The notes under the pieces are model-generated. The model made no database searches, had not been told where the DNA came from, and saw nothing but the letters and a program-made list of their open reading frames with translations. Both the position numbers and the translations under genes were made by a program. Shown in pieces: positions 1 to 8,252 of a stretch of DNA of 32,000 bases. The number at the start of each line of letters is the position of its first letter. Position 1 is the first letter of the stretch. The DNA comes from Pirellula staleyi DSM 6068 (GTDB taxonomy: Bacteria; Planctomycetota; Planctomycetia; Pirellulales; Pirellulaceae): contig CP001848.1 of assembly GCA_000025185.1 (NCBI GenBank), positions 3,780,001-3,812,000 of the forward strand. The letters run 5' to 3'.

Positions 1-669
1 CACACGCGAGAGGTGAATAATGCTCGCTGCATCGAGTGTGGGGGCAATCGTCGTTTCGATATCGGCTGTCGTTCGTTTGACGATTTCCAATTCTTCATCG
101 TGCGAAGGATAGTCGACCCAGACTTGAAACATGAATCGATCGAGCTGTGCTTCGGGGAGAGGATACGTCCCCTCTTGCTCAATGGGGTTTTGCGTTGCCA
201 GCACAAAAAACGGATCGGGGAGTGGATGCTTTTGGCCCGCAACCGTGACTTGCCGTTCCTGCATCGCCTCGAGCAGCGCGGCTTGTGTTTTCGGCGGAGT
301 CCGGTTGATTTCGTCGGCCAGCACAATACTGGCAAAAACAGGACCTCGCAGAAATCGAAACGAGCGTTCCGAAGTGGTGCGATTCTCTTGAATTACTTCG
401 GTCCCGGTGATGTCGGAGGGCATCAAGTCGGGAGTGAATTGCACGCGCGAGAATGAAAGATCAAGCGACTCGGCAAGGGAACGGACGAGAAGCGTTTTGG
501 CAAGTCCCGGGACACCTACGAGTAAGCAGTGACCGCGCGCAAAGAGGGTGATCAGCAGTTGCTCGATCACTTCCGTTTGACCGACCACTACTTTGGAAAG
601 TTCGGCTGTGATCCGTTCACGCGCAATCCGGAGCTTGTCGACAGCTTGGCGATCGTCGTACTGTTCCAT
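1..669 (-). CDS. MoxR-family AAA+ ATPase, N-terminal 223 codons; the 3' end runs off the left edge of the window
   Basis: Absent from the ORF track because it is open at the window edge. My minus-strand translation from the ATG at 669-667 reads [69 protein letters not shown]... It has Walker A GVPGLAKT, Walker B VLADEINR and the FFVLATQNP block typical of MoxR ATPases. The plus-strand ORFs 13..456 and 131..391 are antisense artefacts. Confidence 0.9.
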   Translation of the reverse strand, partial: MEQYDDRQAVDKLRIARERITAELSKVVVGQTEVIEQLLITLFARGHCLLVGVPGLAKTLLVRSLAESLDLSFSRVQFTPDLMPSDITGTEVIQENRTTSERSFRFLRGPVFASIVLADEINRTPPKTQAALLEAMQERQVTVAGQKHPLPDPFFVLATQNPIEQEGTYPLPEAQLDRFMFQVWVDYPSHDEELEIVKRTTADIETTIAPTLDAASIIHLSRV

Positions 670-849
670 CCGTTACTCGCTGGTTGGTCTAACGTGAATC
701 ACGCTGATTGCGGGCTGCTCATCGACACACGAAACGAAGTTGGTTGCTCGTCGAGAATCATCAGAAGAGCAGCCGGAAAAGCTCGTGTCATTTCTATTAA
801 GTGTACGCTGGTGCAAGGCTATCGCGAAGCGGCAAACTGCGGTGAAGCT

Positions 850-3324
850 TTACTTCATCGTATCTGGGGGCGAGAGCGGAAGTGGAAAGCAAATCAGTTC
901 TTCGCCGGTTACCAGAAGCAAGGAGTTTCCCGCTTGCACAAGATTTCCGCCGGAAAAGCCACGCTGAGAGAGAATGATTTCACCCAGAGGCTGTGGAATC
1001 ATCCCCAGCGGGCCCCGCGTTGGGCTCGTCGAGAAGAGATAGATGCTGTCGCGGGTCGGAAAGTAGACTTGCGAGCCGATGATAAGTCCGCGGCCGAGCC
1101 CGCGCGGATTCGCAGCTGCGTCTCCCGCCGTCCCTGGGGAACCAGCGGGAAATTGCGAGGCGAGTGTTCCAGTGCGAGTGTCGATCCAGTAGAGCCAGTC
1201 GCCACTTGCCAGTAGATAGTCCCCTTGCACTCCCAGCAGATGCATGGCGTCGCGGCACAACGAGGCGGGCAATGCCCAGAGCATACGACCACTCAGCCGA
1301 TCGAGGGCAAAGATCCGGTCGCAGTCGGATGGTGCGCAAATCACCATCGAGTCGTGCACTAAGCAGGGGGTGAGATCGCGAAAGAAAACATCGTCGGATT
1401 GATCTGCGTCGGCGCTGCGAAAAGTAGAGCGTGGATAGCGGTGCATCCACGAAAGCTTCCCCGAACGTGAATCAAGCGCAGCGATGAGCCCTTGCCCTGA
1501 ATTCACGAAAAGTTGGTGGCCATCGAGCGACAACAGGTGGTGCGAGAGTTCGTCGATATCGCCGTTGCCGAGCGTTGCCGATGAGGCGAGTCGAGTGCGC
1601 CAGCGAAGCGTTCCAGTAGGGCGAAAATCGGCTGCATTTCCGTCTGCTGGGGGTGGCGATGATCCGTGGGCAAATGCAGCGACATAGAGTTGTGAGCGGC
1701 CTCCATCGACACGCCGCATCAAGACAAACAGCCCCTCGTCGCTGACCACTGGGGTCCCTTCAAAACTCCAGAGGCTCGACTCGGGGCGAATCGGAAATCC
1801 ATCCACCGGTTTGCCATCGGCCGTGAGGTCGTAGCCCCAGAGCGACGCTTGATCAGCTGCCAGAAGTCGATTGACGCGCCGCGAAGATGCTCCGGTGATT
1901 GGAGAACCCATGCGCGAATAGACGATGCCGCGATGGGCGGTGAGTGTGAATCTCGCGACCCCAAAATGGCGAATCAAATTGGCATGCGTGTCACTGACGT
2001 CGGTCGGCGTAGTCGTCGGCTCGCTATCAGGCACTCCCGCCTCATGCTGACGCCGCTCTTCGTTTTGCCAGTTACGAGTTCCCGTCTGGATATCCAGCGA
2101 GGTAATCAGCGACGAGCCGCGCGCGTCGACACGTACCAGCACTTGCGATTCGACTATGATCGGGTGGTAGCTGCGTAGTGATTTCATATCGTCAGCGGGG
2201 CGCAATCGGCCGGAACCGATCACTTCACGATCGCTGGTTTGACGTGGGAGAGGAAAACGCCAGCGAGGTTCGTCGAGCGAAAGGAGCGGAATTGTTCCCG
2301 CTCCATTTCTTGCATAATTGCCTGCGAAAGTAGGCCAAATGACATTGGAATCGCGCCGAGGCCACTTATTGGCGGCACTTACAAAGCCCGCGAGAATCTC
2401 GGCCAGCGGGCCTGTTTTTCCCCCAATGGTCCCTCGAGTTTCAGGATCGAGAGCACGCAGCATAGCCAGTTCGAACTCGGCACGTGGAAGGTCGAGTTCG
2501 ATGAGTGAAGCGAGGACGAGTCGAGCACGAACTTGTGCCAGGGGAATATCGGTATCTGGATAAGTTCCCGGCAGTGCTCTTGGTTTCTCGCTGGTGACCT
2601 GACGGAAGAATTCGGCATATTTGTCGGCCAGCACTTTTGTGCGCGCTAGTCCCCACGCACTTCCTTGGGGAATTTTCGTGAGTGCAGCAGCTTGTGGCGT
2701 GATGGTTAGCAATGGGCTAATGCGTTGCCAATAAGCCCGGGCCAGTGCTGGCTCGTCACGCTCGAGCCAGTAGTCGCCGAGCAACAGCAGAGCATCGTCG
2801 GCGTTTCGGCTAGCAAACGCTTCGTGAAGGATCCGTTCCAGTGGCTCGGGTTGCCCGGGCGCCCGATACTCGGCGAGCCAGTTGGCAGCGAGTGGGTCGA
2901 CCAGTTTTCGAAAAAGCACGAGAGCTGCGGGAGCATCATCGGCCAGTTGAGCGATTCGATTCGCTGCTTCACTACGCACTGGATAGTAAAGCTGAAATCC
3001 GGTCGGCTGCTGCGAGCTGGCTGGCTGCAGCACCAACCGATCGGGTGTGGTGTCGGCTGCTCGTCGGATCGAGTCGATCGCTTCTTCCCACTGCGATGTT
3101 GCGAGAAAGCGACGGGCATTTTCGAGGTGGGTCGCCGCCTGGTTATCAATCTCGTCGATCTCCGCCGCAGGCAATCCACTTGGCCGCTCGAAGACTTGGC
3201 CCCAGAGCTGTGTGCCCAAGACCAGCAGCGCCACAAAGCAAAGCGTGCCAAGGGCTCGAGTGGCGCAGAAGGGAGTCCGAATAAGGAGCCGAGCAAGGGA
3301 GTTCTCGAAGTGCGTCGCTTGCAT
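850..3324 (-). CDS. Membrane-anchored PQQ-like (BamB-like) beta-propeller repeat protein with an N-terminal helical/TPR-like region
   Basis: 824-aa ORF with an ATG start. One N-terminal TM segment (ALGTLCFVALLVLGTQLWG), then a helical region (ATHLENARRFLATSQWEEAIDSIRRAAD). The C-terminal half has repeated short beta-strand/W/G-rich blades (GIVYSRMG, GLFVLMRR, QLFVNSGQGLIAALDSRSGKLSW, RIFALDRLSGRMLW, WLYWIDTRTG) typical of PQQ-like propellers. Confidence 0.7.
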   Translation of the reverse strand: MQATHFENSLARLLIRTPFCATRALGTLCFVALLVLGTQLWGQVFERPSGLPAAEIDEIDNQAATHLENARRFLATSQWEEAIDSIRRAADTTPDRLVLQPASSQQPTGFQLYYPVRSEAANRIAQLADDAPAALVLFRKLVDPLAANWLAEYRAPGQPEPLERILHEAFASRNADDALLLLGDYWLERDEPALARAYWQRISPLLTITPQAAALTKIPQGSAWGLARTKVLADKYAEFFRQVTSEKPRALPGTYPDTDIPLAQVRARLVLASLIELDLPRAEFELAMLRALDPETRGTIGGKTGPLAEILAGFVSAANKWPRRDSNVIWPTFAGNYARNGAGTIPLLSLDEPRWRFPLPRQTSDREVIGSGRLRPADDMKSLRSYHPIIVESQVLVRVDARGSSLITSLDIQTGTRNWQNEERRQHEAGVPDSEPTTTPTDVSDTHANLIRHFGVARFTLTAHRGIVYSRMGSPITGASSRRVNRLLAADQASLWGYDLTADGKPVDGFPIRPESSLWSFEGTPVVSDEGLFVLMRRVDGGRSQLYVAAFAHGSSPPPADGNAADFRPTGTLRWRTRLASSATLGNGDIDELSHHLLSLDGHQLFVNSGQGLIAALDSRSGKLSWMHRYPRSTFRSADADQSDDVFFRDLTPCLVHDSMVICAPSDCDRIFALDRLSGRMLWALPASLCRDAMHLLGVQGDYLLASGDWLYWIDTRTGTLASQFPAGSPGTAGDAAANPRGLGRGLIIGSQVYFPTRDSIYLFSTSPTRGPLGMIPQPLGEIILSQRGFSGGNLVQAGNSLLLVTGEELICFPLPLSPPDTMK

Positions 3325-3398
3325 GTCGCGGTGTTCCTGCGAGGGAGTTGCAAGCGTAAAGAAAACGATTCGAGTGCCGCGATGCCGAGCCTAACCCG

Positions 3399-3635
3399 CT
3401 AGAGTGAGTCGATTCGCGCGCGTCCAAAACCTTCGAGCATTCGCCCGACGCTAAACAGGGCGATCGAAAAAATCAAAAGCAGCAGCATCACACTGAGACT
3501 ATGGGCCCGCATCTCGGCGGTAAGTTCCATCAGCATCGAAGCTGGCAGAAGGATCAGCGAGACGATCTGCATCAGTTTGCCAATTAGAGGTAACATATAG
3601 ATGAGAATACTGTGAACGCTGGCGGTTCTCAACAT
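3399..3635 (-). CDS. Hypothetical small two-TM membrane protein (about 78 aa)
   Basis: The track ORF 3399..3641 starts at TTG-GTG-ATG; I take the ATG at 3635. The product is two hydrophobic stretches (ILIYMLPLIGKLMQIVSLILLPA and SVMLLLLIFSIALFSVG). No recognisable family; support is only ORF integrity and hydrophobicity. Confidence 0.35.
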   Translation of the reverse strand: MLRTASVHSILIYMLPLIGKLMQIVSLILLPASMLMELTAEMRAHSLSVMLLLLIFSIALFSVGRMLEGFGRARIDSL

Positions 3636-3691
3636 CACCAAGGCGGTTTTGGGGAGGTTGATCCACAGCGGAGCAGGGGAGTGAACAGGTT

Positions 3692-4099
3692 ATGCGGTTT
3701 TGGAAATTGTTTCGTCGAGCCATGATGCTGCGATGCCCCGTTTGTGGCATCGGCGGACTCTTCAAAGGTCTGCTCGCCATGCACGATAGCTGCTCGCATT
3801 GCGGCACGAAATTCGAGCGTGAGCCAGGCTTTTTCCTCGGCTCAATCTACATCAACTATGGCCTCACGGCCTTGATCACCGCGATTGCCTACCCAGTGCT
3901 GCTGTTCGGCGGCTATGTGAAGGAACAGCCTCTACTCTGGTCGATGCTGGTGTTTGTAGTGATTTTTCCACTATTTTTGCACCGCCATGCCCGGAGCCTA
4001 TGGCTCGGATTCGACCAATGGCACGACCCGCGCGAAGGTGAAACAGGGGTTGGGGGAACTGTCACAGCCAGTGCCAATAGCGAGAAGCCGGCGGTTTAA
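3692..4099 (+). CDS. DUF983 family protein (zinc-ribbon plus two TM helices)
   Basis: 135 aa with an ATG preceded by GGGGAG. CPVCG...CSHCG four-Cys ribbon followed by FFLGSIYINYGLTALITAIAYPVLLF and a second TM, which is the DUF983 layout. Confidence 0.7.
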   Translation: MRFWKLFRRAMMLRCPVCGIGGLFKGLLAMHDSCSHCGTKFEREPGFFLGSIYINYGLTALITAIAYPVLLFGGYVKEQPLLWSMLVFVVIFPLFLHRHARSLWLGFDQWHDPREGETGVGGTVTASANSEKPAV

Positions 4100-4155
4100 G
4101 ATGCGGTGAAACTTAGCAACTGAATCGGCGGGGCGGGCGCCAAGTGCAACTCTGA

Positions 4156-4488
4156 CTACGAAACACTGGCGAGCTTGGTCGATGGTTCGGCTGCCTGAGT
4201 CGCGATCACTGCCGTGGCGGAACTACTGGCCGCAACTTCTTTAACGCGGCGGGCTTTCGCCTTGCGGACCTCGAGGTAGAACATGAGCGAGAGGGCCGTC
4301 AGGATCGTAAACGGCATCGCCATCATGAACAGGATGCTATAAAAGTAACCCCGCACCAGATTGGCCGCATCGGGATCGGCTGCCAGGTTGTCTTTGCAGG
4401 TGGGGCAGGCGAGGGCAACTGACGAGAGCGCGAGCAGCATCAGCAGTGGCAACACTTGGTTGATCGATGGGCGGATCAGCTTGTTCAT
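4156..4488 (-). CDS. Small exported/membrane protein with a CPTC motif (signal peptide, CxxC, one C-terminal TM, disordered tail)
   Basis: 110 aa; ATG preceded by AAGGAG. N-terminal hydrophobic signal (VLPLLMLLALSSVALA) is immediately followed by CPTCKD. One TM follows (YFYSILFMMAMPFTILTALSLMFYL), then a basic stop-transfer KAKARRVK. It is the last gene of the oxidase-maturation gene string. Confidence 0.6.
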   Translation of the reverse strand: MNKLIRPSINQVLPLLMLLALSSVALACPTCKDNLAADPDAANLVRGYFYSILFMMAMPFTILTALSLMFYLEVRKAKARRVKEVAASSSATAVIATQAAEPSTKLASVS

Positions 4489-4526
4489 CGTCGACTCCTT
4501 GATTCCTCTATCCTCATCTTAGGCTG

Positions 4527-4985
4527 CTATGCCTGGGGCGGGTAGAGTTGATACAGCATCACGTAGACAACGACACCTGTAATCGAGACGTAAAGCCAGA
4601 TCGGAAATGTCCATTTGGCCAGTCGAAGATGAGCAGCCCGTCGATTCGTTAAACCGAGCCAGATGGTGATAACCGCGAGGAACGGAACAGCAGCGGCGAG
4701 CACCACGTGCGTCAGCAAGATCAGGTAATAGGTATATCGAATCGCATCGCCTGGATAGGTGGGAAACTTTTTGCTTCCCCCCTCGATATTGAAGTGATAG
4801 GTGAGGTAGCTGATTAAAAAGATCGCGCTTACCCCAAAACAGGCGAGCATCACATTTTTATGCGCCACTTCCTGACGTCGCTTGATCAGCACAAAGCCCA
4901 GCACAAGCAGCAGGGTAGCCAGCACGTTCAGAGACGCGTTGATGTGCGGCAGTAGTGGAACAATCTCGCTCACGTTCACACTCAA
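4527..4985 (-). CDS. DUF420 family membrane protein (CtaM-like oxidase accessory protein)
   Basis: 152 aa. LPHINASLNVLATLLLVLGFVLIKRRQEVAHKNVML, LTHVVLAAAVPFL, HLRLAKWTFPIWLYVSITGVVVYVMLY match the conserved DUF420 pattern, with 4 TM and conserved His residues. The start is non-ATG (TTG at 4985; GTG at 4979 or 4973 also possible), 15 nt after the SCO stop. Confidence 0.8.
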   Translation of the reverse strand: MSVNVSEIVPLLPHINASLNVLATLLLVLGFVLIKRRQEVAHKNVMLACFGVSAIFLISYLTYHFNIEGGSKKFPTYPGDAIRYTYYLILLTHVVLAAAVPFLAVITIWLGLTNRRAAHLRLAKWTFPIWLYVSITGVVVYVMLYQLYPPQA

Positions 4986-5000
4986 TCCATTTGCTCAGGT

Positions 5001-5798
5001 CTAAGGGGTAGCGACTTCGAGTGACGAGGCCGACTCGGGCTTCGAGTCCACTTCTGCGGTAACCGACGGTTCTTCATTCGACTTGGCAGAGGTTTCGGCG
5101 CTTGGTGCATTTGTGGCCGATTCGCTAGATTCTGAAGTCTTGGAATCGTCTTGTTTGAACTCGGCAGGCTCTTCACTTTCGGTGAGCAGTTTCGCGAGCA
5201 GCGATTTCATCTCGGTGATTTTGGCGAGTTGATTCCACTCGAAATGCCCACGCACATTGCCCCATTTATCGGTGACAAAATACATGTCGACATGCGTTTG
5301 TTTGTCGAGTGGCGCTTTATAAATTTCACCAGCGATGCGACGAATGTAGGTGAGATCCCCCGTGGCGAACCACCACTCCTTCTCATCGGCGCTCAGTTTG
5401 TGAGCATACTCGCGAAGGCGGGCCGGTGTATCGATTTCTGGATCGCACGTGATGCTGACAAATTGCACCCCTTGCTTCCCAAATTCACGCTGAATCTCTT
5501 GTACCTTTTGGTTCTGCAGCAAGCAGGTTCCGGGGCACGATGAGAAGAAAAAGTTGGTCACGTACACACGACCATCCAGGTCGGTGGAACTCACTTTTTT
5601 CCCACTACGCTCGGTCAGCTCGAACTGCGTCAGCATCGGCTCGTTGGAACTCATCGGAACATTGCGATAGCTGGTATCGACCTCGAGGGCCGAGGCACCG
5701 GTGTCGGGTGTTCGCGACATTTTCCAGCCGAGATAAATGACCGTGCTTCCCATAAACACGAGAAGCAGTGCAAGCCATCCCAGTGCGGCTCTGTTCAT
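5001..5798 (-). CDS. SCO1/SenC family copper chaperone / thiol-disulfide oxidoreductase with an acidic Ser/Glu-rich C-terminal tail
   Basis: Thioredoxin-fold SCO signature VYVTNFFFSSCPGTCLLQNQKV (CxxxC), a downstream conserved His (THVDMYF) and an N-terminal TM anchor (LGWLALLLVFMGSTVIYLGW). I place the start at ATG 5798 (MNRAALGW), which overlaps the permease stop as ATGA. The track's 353-aa version (to 6062) reads through the permease gene. Confidence 0.85.
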   Translation of the reverse strand: MNRAALGWLALLLVFMGSTVIYLGWKMSRTPDTGASALEVDTSYRNVPMSSNEPMLTQFELTERSGKKVSSTDLDGRVYVTNFFFSSCPGTCLLQNQKVQEIQREFGKQGVQFVSITCDPEIDTPARLREYAHKLSADEKEWWFATGDLTYIRRIAGEIYKAPLDKQTHVDMYFVTDKWGNVRGHFEWNQLAKITEMKSLLAKLLTESEEPAEFKQDDSKTSESSESATNAPSAETSAKSNEEPSVTAEVDSKPESASSLEVATP

Positions 5799-6661
5799 AA
5801 CAAATCTCCTGTCGTACGCAGCGACGACATCCAAACGGCGAGCCCGAAACATAGTCCCGCAAAGACGACCGAAACGATCACGCAAACACCAAGCCCAGGC
5901 TGCCACACAGCAGCGGCGAGGTCGCCGAGCAACAGGCGATGAATGGCAGCCATGCCATAGCTGAGTGGGTTGGCACGCATCAGAGTACCCATGGCCCATT
6001 GTCCGGGTGAACTGTCGCTCGTCAGTTGTGCGACAGGAAAAAATGCCCCGGAGAGTAGCCACATTGGCATCAGCAGTAAATTCATGATGGCATGGAAACC
6101 TTGGGTGCTATCCATGCGCCAGGCGAGAGCAAATCCGAGGGAGGAAAGCCCAAGCGAGATAATAAATAGTAGGGGGATGGCGAGCAGGAGTGAAGGGAGC
6201 GGGATGTCGCGTTTCATCACTACGGCAATTGCCAGGAAGAGCAAGCTCTGAAGCATCGCCACTGCGACACCTCCGAGGACTTTGCCAAGCACCATCGACC
6301 AGCGCGGAATCGGCGCGATCAGAACCGCCTGTAGGAAACCTTCACGTCGGTCTTCGATGATCGAGATCGAGGAGAAAATCGAGGTGAAGAGGACCATCAG
6401 CATGAGGCTGCCGGGAAAGGTGTAGGCCAAAGCGCCCGGGCTGTTCTCGTCGCTGCCAGGGAGCCGAAACGAACTTTGCAATCCGACTCCAAAGAGGAGC
6501 CAAAACATCAGCGGCGTCGCGATGCTTCCGATCACTCGATTCCGCTGTCGAAAAAAACGAATGATCTCGCGCCAGGCCAATGTTTGGGCCGCCAAGAGTG
6601 GTTGCGCTGTGAGCCTGGGGGCTCCCTCTTCAGCGGTCGCTTTTACGAGGGCATCAGCCAT
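5795..6661 (-). CDS. ABC-2 type transporter permease
   Basis: Six predicted TM helices with ABC-2 permease topology, starting MADALVKATAEEG... The start ATG 6661 overlaps the ATPase stop by 8 nt (ATGGCTGA). The upstream 18 codons of the track ORF are unlikely. Confidence 0.8.
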   Translation of the reverse strand: MADALVKATAEEGAPRLTAQPLLAAQTLAWREIIRFFRQRNRVIGSIATPLMFWLLFGVGLQSSFRLPGSDENSPGALAYTFPGSLMLMVLFTSIFSSISIIEDRREGFLQAVLIAPIPRWSMVLGKVLGGVAVAMLQSLLFLAIAVVMKRDIPLPSLLLAIPLLFIISLGLSSLGFALAWRMDSTQGFHAIMNLLLMPMWLLSGAFFPVAQLTSDSSPGQWAMGTLMRANPLSYGMAAIHRLLLGDLAAAVWQPGLGVCVIVSVVFAGLCFGLAVWMSSLRTTGDLL

Positions 6662-7625
6662 GCGATTGCTCCTCGACTTGCCAAAAGCGATGTCCGGTCC
6701 GGGCAATAAACACATCCTCGAGAGTTGGCTTACCGACGCGAATGCTCTGAATCGATCCTGGGGAGAGTTCTACGAGTCGTGAAACCCATGTATGTCCGTC
6801 CGGAACTTCCAGGCGAACAATGCCATCCATCACCGTAGCGGAGAGTGACAATTGTCGCCGAATCGTGGCGGCTAGTTCGTCGGGGCGAGGAGTTTCCATC
6901 AGCACCGCATCGCCACCCACACTGCGGCAAAGCGCTTCGGGCGTATCGACCCCCATCAGCTTTCCTTGACTCAGGATTGCCACGCGATCGGCGCCGGCAG
7001 CTTCGTCGAGGTAGTGAGTCGTGAGGACCACCGTCACCCGGTGGTTGACGACGAGTGAACGGAGGATTTGCCACAGGTCGCTTCGAGCGCCAGGATCGAG
7101 GCCGGTGCTTGGTTCGTCGAGTAAAAGAATCGTCGGCTGGTGCACCAGTCCCTTGGCGAGTTCTACGCGTCGACGAAGACCGCCCGACAGTTTCTCAACG
7201 AAGTCGTGTTGGCGATCGGTCAGACCAAATTGCTCGAGAACGATGGCAAGGCGTGACTGGAGTGCTACGCCTGTGAGGCCGTAGAGATGTGCCTGATAGC
7301 GAATATTCTCGCCGACAGTTAGTTTGCGATCGACACTCGGCGCTTGGAACACAACGCCGATGTGCGGGCGAATTTCAGCGCTGCTGGTCCGTAGCGAATG
7401 CCCCAAGATTTTGGCATCGCCTGCTTGGGGCCGGATCAGCGTGGAGAGGAGACGAAAGAGGGTCGTCTTGCCGCCACCGTTAGGACCAACGATGGCAAAA
7501 AGTTCGCCACGCTCGATAGTGAGTTGAAGTTGATCGAGCGCAGTTCGTGAGCCGTAGCGGTGTGTCAATCCTTCGACAGCGATCGCCGGACAGGAGTCGG
7601 CTGTCACTGGACGAGAGGCGTTCAT
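6654..7625 (-). CDS. ABC transporter ATP-binding protein (ABC-2/DrrA-like with C-terminal accessory domain)
   Basis: Walker A GPNGGGKTT, Q-loop VFQAPS, signature LSGGLRRRVELA, Walker B ILLLDEPSTGLD, H-loop TTHYLDEA. The ATG at 7625 lies only 5 nt after the subunit IV stop. Confidence 0.9.
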   Translation of the reverse strand: MNASRPVTADSCPAIAVEGLTHRYGSRTALDQLQLTIERGELFAIVGPNGGGKTTLFRLLSTLIRPQAGDAKILGHSLRTSSAEIRPHIGVVFQAPSVDRKLTVGENIRYQAHLYGLTGVALQSRLAIVLEQFGLTDRQHDFVEKLSGGLRRRVELAKGLVHQPTILLLDEPSTGLDPGARSDLWQILRSLVVNHRVTVVLTTHYLDEAAGADRVAILSQGKLMGVDTPEALCRSVGGDAVLMETPRPDELAATIRRQLSLSATVMDGIVRLEVPDGHTWVSRLVELSPGSIQSIRVGKPTLEDVFIARTGHRFWQVEEQSHG

Positions 7626-7630
7626 AAGTG

Positions 7631-8152
7631 TTACGGCTTGGCCTCAGCAGCTTCCGCTGGGGCATCTGTTGCAGGAGTTTCGGTCGCTGGCTTGGCAGCG
7701 TCGTGAGCCTCAGCCTTGTGGTCATGTTCACTAGCGCCATGCTCGCCGCCAGCGTGTTCTTCGTCGTGATGTTCACCCGCGTGATGCGTTTGTTCTTCAG
7801 CGGCGTAGAGCCAGCGTTCTTCCGTGTAGTAGTTTGTGCGGCGAGCGATGTCAGGAATGAGCATCAGTACGAGAAAGAAGCTCATGATCGAAGCCGGAAT
7901 CGTCAGCACATACTTCCAGTTGGCCTCGTACTTCAGGTGCATGAAGAACAAGATGACGAGCGACGCTTTGGCACACGAGACTGCCATCATCATCGCCATC
8001 ATCACGCCCGGAGCGTTCTCGCGGAGTTGCTGCGAGTTGCCAACGGCGAACGAAATGGCAGTGAGAACACACAATGCGACGAACACGGCAACATACTTGC
8101 CAACTCCGCCGGGCACATGCGTGTGGGTGTGACTTCCTGAAGCGTGTCCCAT
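7631..8152 (-). CDS. Cytochrome c oxidase subunit IV family protein (prokaryotic 3-TM type) with a His/Glu-rich C-terminal tail
   Basis: 173 aa. Three TM helices, including the conserved AKASLVILFFMHLKYE block of bacterial subunit IV (CtaF/QoxD-like). Lies directly downstream of subunit III. Tail: HHAGEHHDEEHAGGEHGASEHDHKAEAHD. Confidence 0.75.
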   Translation of the reverse strand: MGHASGSHTHTHVPGGVGKYVAVFVALCVLTAISFAVGNSQQLRENAPGVMMAMMMAVSCAKASLVILFFMHLKYEANWKYVLTIPASIMSFFLVLMLIPDIARRTNYYTEERWLYAAEEQTHHAGEHHDEEHAGGEHGASEHDHKAEAHDAAKPATETPATDAPAEAAEAKP

Positions 8153-8173
8153 GAAACGTATCTCGCAAAGTGT

Positions 8174-8191
8174 GCCGCGAAAACTCGCGGC
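8174..8191 (-). promoter_or_regulatory. GC-rich 7-bp stem / tetraloop hairpin between oxidase subunits III and IV
   Basis: Plus strand GCCGCGA aaac TCGCGGC. As minus-strand RNA it reads GCCGCGA-GUUU-UCGCGGC, 21 nt upstream of the subunit IV ATG. No following U-tract. Confidence 0.45.
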
Positions 8192-8252
8192 TGTGATCGT
8201 TGTGCTTAGTTCAGTTTATTTTTGGAGCTAGATCTTCTGTCGGGCTGACCTA

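Noticed and set aside
529-3402. Numerous plus-strand ORFs of 60-230 aa (e.g. 529..1215, 2725..3402, 2841..3284), plus minus-strand out-of-frame ORFs
   Set aside because: They overlap the MoxR and beta-propeller genes in other frames. The products are Arg/Ser/Cys-rich, typical of off-frame translation.
5799-6062. The 88-codon N-terminal extension of the SCO ORF, and similar upstream extensions at 6662..6715, 9714..9875, 13801..13866, 17251..17316 and 18195..18332
   Set aside because: The extensions overlap the preceding gene or intergenic hairpins and encode non-homologous Cys/Arg-rich sequence. In each case an internal ATG gives a canonical N-terminus (signal peptide, TM anchor or conserved start), often with ATGA-type coupling to the upstream stop.
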